DNA from: Asterias rubens
Lineage: Eukaryota
DNA: 64,000 nt
NCBI RefSeq assembly: GCF_902459465.1
Contig: NC_047078.1
Location: 8,494,001 to 8,558,000 of the forward strand
Direction: 5' to 3'
The position numbers and the translations under genes are program-made. Shown piece by piece: positions 57,188-64,000 of the stretch. How positions within the stretch are numbered: position 1 is the stretch's first letter; the number at the start of each line of letters is the position of its first letter. Under the pieces are notes generated by a model, which ran no database searches, was not told the origin of the DNA, and was given only the letters and a program-made list of their open reading frames with translations.

Positions 57188-59039
57188 ATGGAGTTGATGG
57201 TATCGGGTTTAGTCGTCACCCATAGCGGGGGAATGCGTGGTTCCGGCGGGGGGCTTCTAGCCATGATGGAGCCGATTAAACCAAACTCACTGCAGGAACA
57301 AAAGGTATTGTTTTATTTGTTTACTTATTTTTTTATTTTTTTTCGCAGGGGGAGTACAAAAGAAAGTTACTCGTTATCACGTATAGGGCATGGTGGTTTG
57401 GAACCACCCCCCTCCCGCCCCTCCTTGTGCCTTAACTGTGTGCTTGGAATCGTAGAGGGTTTTTATTTTCAAGGGTACCATCGAGCTGCTTAGCGGCCAA
57501 CTTTGTGCTTACTGTGTAATTTCTATTTCATAGAGATGCTGACGAAAAGTAAGCATACAAAAAGGCATGCTAACCTTCCGTTGCTTTACTGCACAAAACA
57601 ATGATCGCACAATGCAAACCAGTGAAATACGCTTACGCCTTAACAAATTTGTCTGCTATAGTTGCACGAAAACTTGCTTACCGTTAGCAGCTTTATATTT
57701 CATAGCACAGCAAAATTATGCTTATCAGAATAAGGTTACCAGCCAAACTACCATGGTACATGTACAGTTTGTGACTGGTATCCTGCTCATTTATTTTTAG
57801 AGGAAACCTGTTCAGCAAACTTTTCTTCTTATGAAGCTCTATAAATTTGAGCTATGTGAGTTAAGTACACAACCTGCTAAGTTAAGTAATACCTTGCTTA
57901 GCGAAATAGGCTATTATCCATCACTCTGTATATCCCAAATGAATAACAGTGTTTCGACTGCTATAGTGCCCCACTCACTTTTTGCTTAGCAAAGAAACTT
58001 GTTTAAGTAGCATTTTCTGCTAAGCAGCTTTATGAAACTGGACCCTGGGCCGTCTTTGTAGCTTTTAATAATACTGAAATATTTCCTCAGTTTGTATTGT
58101 CTACCAACGGGAAAACCGCAAGCAATACACTTTATTACTTTCAGTATCGACAGATACATGTAATACTATTCCAATCAAGTAAAAAACAAAATGGACTGAA
58201 CTGCTTCCCCTACCCATCCTGGTTTATCTTTATCTTCTATTTATATGAAGACATTCTGAACATGGATTGAAACGTCGAGTAGTCCTTGCTCACCAGTGAT
58301 TAAAGGGTATTTTAAATTGTTTGTTTTATTCTTCAGGTTTTGAAAAGTGAAATTAAAAGAGACAAGAACAGAGAGTCTTCAGCTCGGAGCAGACAGCGGA
58401 AGAAAGACGAAGATGCACATAACCAACAGGTACGTATAGTAGTTGAAGGAAAACAAAAACATGTATCATGTAAAGAGTTTATTTATTTATTTTTGTGTTT
58501 ATTTGGCAGTACAATTTTAAATTAGTAAATAATTATGTCAGGGCCATCGCCAAGACATGTGATACTTATTATTGTTTTACAAACACAGTGAACCAGATAT
58601 TTTTTTATAAGTTAGAATGCGGGCATTCAGGACAAAGACTATATAGGGGATATTCTAAATGTCTCGGACAATTCATTTGGGGACTTTATTTGTACCTCCA
58701 GAGGGTGCCCGGTTCCCATGCCCCACCCCCCTTTCTGGTTAACCCTTCCATGGACGTGTAAACTGTAAATCCTGAATTCTTGACCCATATTCTTTGGTAT
58801 TTTCTAATTTATAGGAGGTCATTCGGCTACAAATCGCAAACGAGGAACTTCGTAAAAGAGAAGAGATGTTACTCCAAGAAGGTAGAGATATTCTCAGTCA
58901 AGTTGATCCATCCTATTATGATAATCCGAGATGTTCCGGATGTCCTGAGGAAGTTGTTGAAACGGAACCTTGTGATGTTCCGTCACCTCCACATCTATCC
59001 ACCCCTCAAACACCACCGGATTTTATGGAATCCTCATAA
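57188..59039 (+). CDS. Small bZIP transcription factor (BATF/ATF3/Fos-like), 3 coding exons: 57188(or 57263)-57304, 58337-58429, 58815-59039
   Basis: All junctions are phase-0 GT-AG; basic region KRDKNRESSARSRQRKK (N-x7-R); heptad L-L-L-I zipper in register; 119-144 aa. Confidence 0.85.
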
Positions 59040-60615
59040 GAAATATTGATGTACTGTATTAATACCACATGAAAGACGACTCCGCGTTGGAATAGACTCC
59101 ACAAGGCTATTACTTTACACCTCATGAAAGACGACTTGAAGCAAGACTATTTCAGGCGTTCAGGGTGAGCCGCCTAATGGAGTTTAAGTGCGTGTCATCT
59201 GCATTGGGATAGACTCCACTCAAAGCTGTTAGAATTGAATAGAATAGAATAATGTTTTATTGTCACTTGGGGAAAAAAAATGGATTACGTTATTTTCAAG
59301 CCGGACTTTATGGAACTATAATGGAGTTTGAGTACATCCGCGTTGGGGTAAAGACTCCGCTCAATGCTGTAACAGGGATTCTGTCACTATCAAGCTACAA
59401 CAAGTTGCTTCCAAACGGATAAAGAAATTGACACTTTGGATGGTGAACTTTAACTTTGCTTTTAAGAAGAAGGCCAGTACCTATGTGTTCCTTGCTTTGT
59501 CCATTGGTTGTTAGTCAAACCAGTCTTGGGATTCGGTCAGGCGACATTTAAATCATACAAGAATTGTCCCGCCTACTGGCTATTATTTTATTTATGATCA
59601 AAGAACAATTGTGAGAGTGCGGTAACTTTAGTTAATTTTTTGTTTACTCCACAACGATTGCATCATTAACCGTTAGATTGGTTTATAAATCCAGTTAAAA
59701 CTACATGTAACTGTAAAAAGTAATGTCATTACAAAAAAATGGTTGCGTTTTTGACATTATCAGGAACGAGCAGTTATGGAAGAAAAAATGTAAACAATCT
59801 GAGAAATATATCTGACAGTAACGTTTCTCAAATGCAAATTTTGGGGTGATAAAAACTAAAACCTTATTCGGTTTTTTCCAGAATACATTTTCTTTAAAGT
59901 GAAATAATTTCAAAGTGATTTATACAATGGAACCCCTGCAGGCTCTTAAAACCAAGTAATTTTTATTGCCATTAATGTTTATAGAGTAATCACCAAACGT
60001 GTACCTCCCCCTAAGTATGGCAAGGAGTTGGAAGACCATTTTTTTTTTTGGGGGGGGGGTGTTCCTCTAACACCACCAAAAGATGTATAATTATGATCAA
60101 TCCAAATTGATATTTGGGCATTACATTTTGTATAATGTATAGGAAGAAACTACCTTGGTATAGTTTTATGTGTAATGAGGAATCTGTGCTAATGGGATTA
60201 TTAGTTTACTTTAGTTATTAATAATGTGCTCTCGTGAGTGGGCATCTGAGAAAAGCGCCCTCTATGTAAAAGATGGATAAGGCTCAGTATTTTGTTCCAT
60301 CCATTGGTATTGGTAAACTTTGACAATATTTTTGTCCAGATGAGCATGAAGTTTAATTAATGTACAGTGTAGAGTTTAATATTTAAGAAATTGGTTGTAT
60401 ATAAAAGTATGAAAAGAAATAAAAACTGAGTAGTAATGGGTTGCATGACTTGATTCACTTCAGACTTTTGGGCACTAAAAATATCTGAAACTCCCCAGGG
60501 CTATCATCGGTCTAGGACCAATATTGTAGCTGTTTAGCAGGAAAAAAACTGCTTGACAAAATATTTAAGCAAAATATGAGTGGGGCACCAGTCACAACAA
60601 TTAATGCAAACTTAA

Positions 60616-60995
60616 AGGCAGTGGACACTATTGGTAATTACTCAAAATAATTATTAGCATTAAACCTTAATTGGTAACTAGTAATAGGGAGAGGTCGATA
60701 GTATAAAACCTTGTGAGAAACGGCTCCCTCTGAAGTGATGTAGTTTTCGAGAAAGAAGTAATTTTCCACGAATTTGATTTCGAGACCTCAAGTTTAGAAC
60801 TCGAGGTCTCGAAATCAAGCATCTGAAAGTACACAACTTCGTGTGACAAGGGTGTTTTTTTCTTTCATAGTTATCTCACAACTCCGACGACCGATTGAGC
60901 TCAAATTTTGCACAGGTTTGTTATTTTATGTACATGTTGAGATACACCAAGTGAGAAGACAGGATTTCGACAATCACCAATAGTGTCCACTGCCT
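60616..60995. mobile_element. Near-consensus Kolobok-like MITE (family 1)
   Basis: TTAA|AGGCAGTGGACACTATTGGT...ACCAATAGTGTCCACTGCCT|TTAA. Confidence 0.8.
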
Positions 60996-61565
60996 TTAAT
61001 ATAATTTTGGATGGGAAACTGTTTGCTAAGACAAATCTATTGTGCTTAGGGAGTTTATGTACTCACACAAGGGATATTATTGTCAAATTAATTCTTACTT
61101 GCAATAATAATTGTACATACCCCACCATCCTAACTAAAATGAGAGGGTAGTCCACGCACTGGGGAAAGAAGCTTCGCCGAAGTTTGTGTACTGAAGGGCG
61201 TCCCAATATTTGTCAACGCATTTTCGCACCTTCGCTGTGTACAAGCACAGGGTAAAAGTGGGCAAGCCATAACTGTGGGAAGGAGATGGGGAAGTAGGCA
61301 AGACCTCCTCCCACCCCCTGCTCAGAACCCCTGCCCCCCCCCCCCCCCCCGATTCCAAGGAAGACGGCAACAAGTGCCCCGTTGTGGACTCCTCAACTGG
61401 CATCTTGTTGGTGGGTTTGTCCGGTATGCTTTGTGCAGGCATGAAAGCAAACAATCAAAAACAAATCAAATGCAGGCAAAGGGTAGTGACTTACCATCTC
61501 AAACGTTTGGGTGACCGGGTGGTTTGAGTGTGGGTTTCCGTCTTTGAGCATGCAGTGACTCTTAA

Positions 61566-61943
61566 AGACAGTCTGGACACTATTGGTAATTGTCAAAGAC
61601 CAGTCTTCTCACTTGCTGTATCTCAATGTATGCCTAAAATAACAAACCTGTGAAAATTTGAGCTCAATCGGTCATCAAAGTTGCAAGATATTATTGAAAG
61701 AAAAAACACCCTCGTCATCACACGACGTTGTGTGCTTTCAGATTTCGTGACCTCAATATTTCTAAATCTGAGGTCTCAAAATCAAATTCGTGAAAAATTA
61801 CTTCTTTCTCAAAAACTATTCCACTTCAGAGGGAGCCGTTTCTCACAATGTGTTGTACTATCATTAGCTCCCCATTACTCGTTACCAAGTAAGGTTTTAT
61901 GCTAATAATTATTTTGAGTAATTACCAATAGTGTGAACTGCCT
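61566..61943. mobile_element. Kolobok-like MITE (family 1)
   Basis: TTAA on both sides, family TIR. Confidence 0.75.
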
Positions 61944-63741
61944 TTAACTGAATTATTGCTTACTATTTATTAGCATTATTGATGGACTCAAATTTCCTAG
62001 AAAACAATGATCATCCACACCGTGTTTATCTTTATACAAAAACATTATGCGAACTGAACTCATGATGGCTGGCCTTTATAGCGCCAAACTTAAAAACTCC
62101 GCGAGGGATAAAACCATTATTTGTATTCAAGATAACTGTTGTCTTAATATTCACTGATCTAGCAAATAAGGATTATCTATAGTTTTATGTCAATGGAATA
62201 TCTATTTTTGTATAATTCAAATAAAATAAAAATGAAGCGGCAGGTAATGCTGATTTGTGCTTCCCTTTACAACAAGTGTTTACAGTGAGTTGTTGTTGTT
62301 GTTGTTGTTGTGTACTACTCTTTCTGCTTTTCGTAAAGTCCTTAAGACTCACCTTTTTCCAAGTTAATTTCTTTCGAGTGCGCTATGATCTTGACGAAAT
62401 TGCGCCATATAAATTTTAATTGTTATGTCATGTTATGTTACACACACCGAAGTAGGGGAGGCGGGGCTTATTAAATTTATTTGTGAGGGTATAAATCACT
62501 AGAGGAAAGAGTCTTTGAAGTTGTCAATCAATGGCGCTATTTTGCTTAACATACTTTGCTCTGAAAAATCATTATGACTGGAACATAAAATTTTGCGTTT
62601 CGTCCTATTCATTCTATATTGGTGTTGTAATAAGGTCATAAACGGTGCCACATAAATCTTCTTAGTCAACAACACGACCAAGAAAAAGTTTTTGATCCAC
62701 TTTGTCAACAGCGCCCTCTTCGGAAAAACTGAAGTATTTCTTCGGATCTGTTATCTGTCGTAGCTTATTGATTTTTTGTTATCGCCGCACACTCCGTATC
62801 CGAACGGTTGCCTGTTATTATTTGCAAAGATTTTGTCAATGACAGTTTTTAGAAAGAAAAAAAAGTCTTCATACAAGAGTTACAATTTGTCACACATGCA
62901 CAGGCAGCAGGCTTGGAAGGACATCGGTGGTGTGAAGGGTGGACGATCTGACTATATAAAAAGGAATGAATGGCAGGCCTGAGCTTTTTTAACGGTAGTT
63001 TTCATGATAGTTTGTTTGTTTTTCAGTTACTTTTTATTTAATATTTAGCATGTTTCTTTCCGTACGTAGGCCTACATCGTATTCGTAGCGTAGTGTCACT
63101 GAGCTGTCACTTGTCAGTCACACTGACACTGACAGCGGCAGCCGGCTGTAATTTCAGTTCAGCCTGAGTATGCATAGATTGATTTTGTGTTGTTAAATTG
63201 TTGTTTGCATCGAATTACAACTTATAACAATTACATTAATGTTTTTTGTTTTTTTATTATCATATAAATCAAAATCATGACTCAGTCTCATTCTCAATGC
63301 ATGGATGTTGGATTGTTGACTGAGTCATGTTACAAAATAAATATAGGCATGCTTCGCAGTGCTACTGCTAGTTCAGTTGCGATTAAACGTAACCCTCCTC
63401 CTGTAGCGCCGGGAGGAGGGTTACGTTATCGCAATTTCAGTGCTTGACTCCTGACAAAAAAAAGTTTTGTGCTTACCTTTTGTCTACGTCGTTGGCCTAA
63501 ACCATCATATCAATATCATACATTCTTAACTAAGTTTAAAGTAGGCTTAACAAACTTTATTAAATGAAATTGGTCCCCAGGTTAGCAAGGCCAAGGTTAG
63601 ATTTAGAATAGTTAGTTAGCTGCTTCACAAATTTAACATGTTGAAGTTTTCAGCGAAGTATTTATATTAACTAATTGTGGTCTAAATTTCTTTCCAGGTG
63701 TTCAGAGACAGATACGTTGGATTAAAAAAAATTAACCAATC

Positions 63742-63922
63742 ATGGGACCCGGATTGAAGAAACGACCAATGCGATTAAGATGTGAATGGGACAACTGCAC
63801 CATCACGCACAGCAGCATGGGGATGTTTCTGTCCCACATTAACGACCACATCAATAAGATATTGCCTACTTGTGTTAATGCAGAAAACTACAAAAACTAC
63901 GATATTGTCCTATCAACAGAAG
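63742..63922 (+). CDS. HINFP: HINFP-like (histone H4 transcription factor / MIZF) first coding exon; the gene continues beyond the window
   Basis: LRCEWDNCTITHSSMGMFLSHINDH resembles the human HINFP N-terminal finger LQCEWGSC...MEKFFEHVTQH; acceptor tttccag at 63697, donor G|GTATGT at 63923. Confidence 0.75.
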
Positions 63923-64000
63923 GTATGTGACATTTGGATACTTTTGTATCGAGGGTGTCCTTTTTTTGTAGTAGGTCTAAGGAGCAGCCAGCCCTGTTTG

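Noticed and set aside
28738-61905. Recurrent 60-90 aa ORFs such as MSSIGHR...KITSFSKT and MRDNN...ISRPQVLNLRSRNQ
   Set aside because: They are translations of non-autonomous MITE copies, with no transposase motifs and inconsistent frames between copies.

Overview
AT-rich animal genomic DNA with spliced genes. It is probably a marine invertebrate deuterostome such as an echinoderm (inferred from gene content and repeat style, not verified). Genes: (1) a minus-strand 2xC2H2 zinc-finger gene, head-to-head with (2) a 16-exon plus-strand ABCB8 (mitochondrial ABC half-transporter, about 707 aa, CDS 5562-24653); (3) an intronless, predicted-secreted PAN/apple + fibrinogen-C (FReD) gene nested antisense in an ABCB8 intron, whose stop codon is the first unit of a 29-bp minisatellite; (4) a small BATF/ATF3-like bZIP gene (57188/57263-59039) preceded by a dense cluster of NF-kB sites, including an IRF/NF-kB composite nearly identical to the human IFN-beta PRDI-PRDII element; (5) the first coding exon of a HINFP-like gene at the right edge. 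Intergenic and intronic DNA holds many TTAA-flanked Kolobok-like MITEs, tRNA-derived SINEs, LINE and Penelope remnants, several tandem arrays, and a decayed Ty3/Gypsy element with an intact TSD but a 5' deletion. Most short ORFs in the supplied track are repeat or chance artefacts. All calls were made by eye; no database searches were run.
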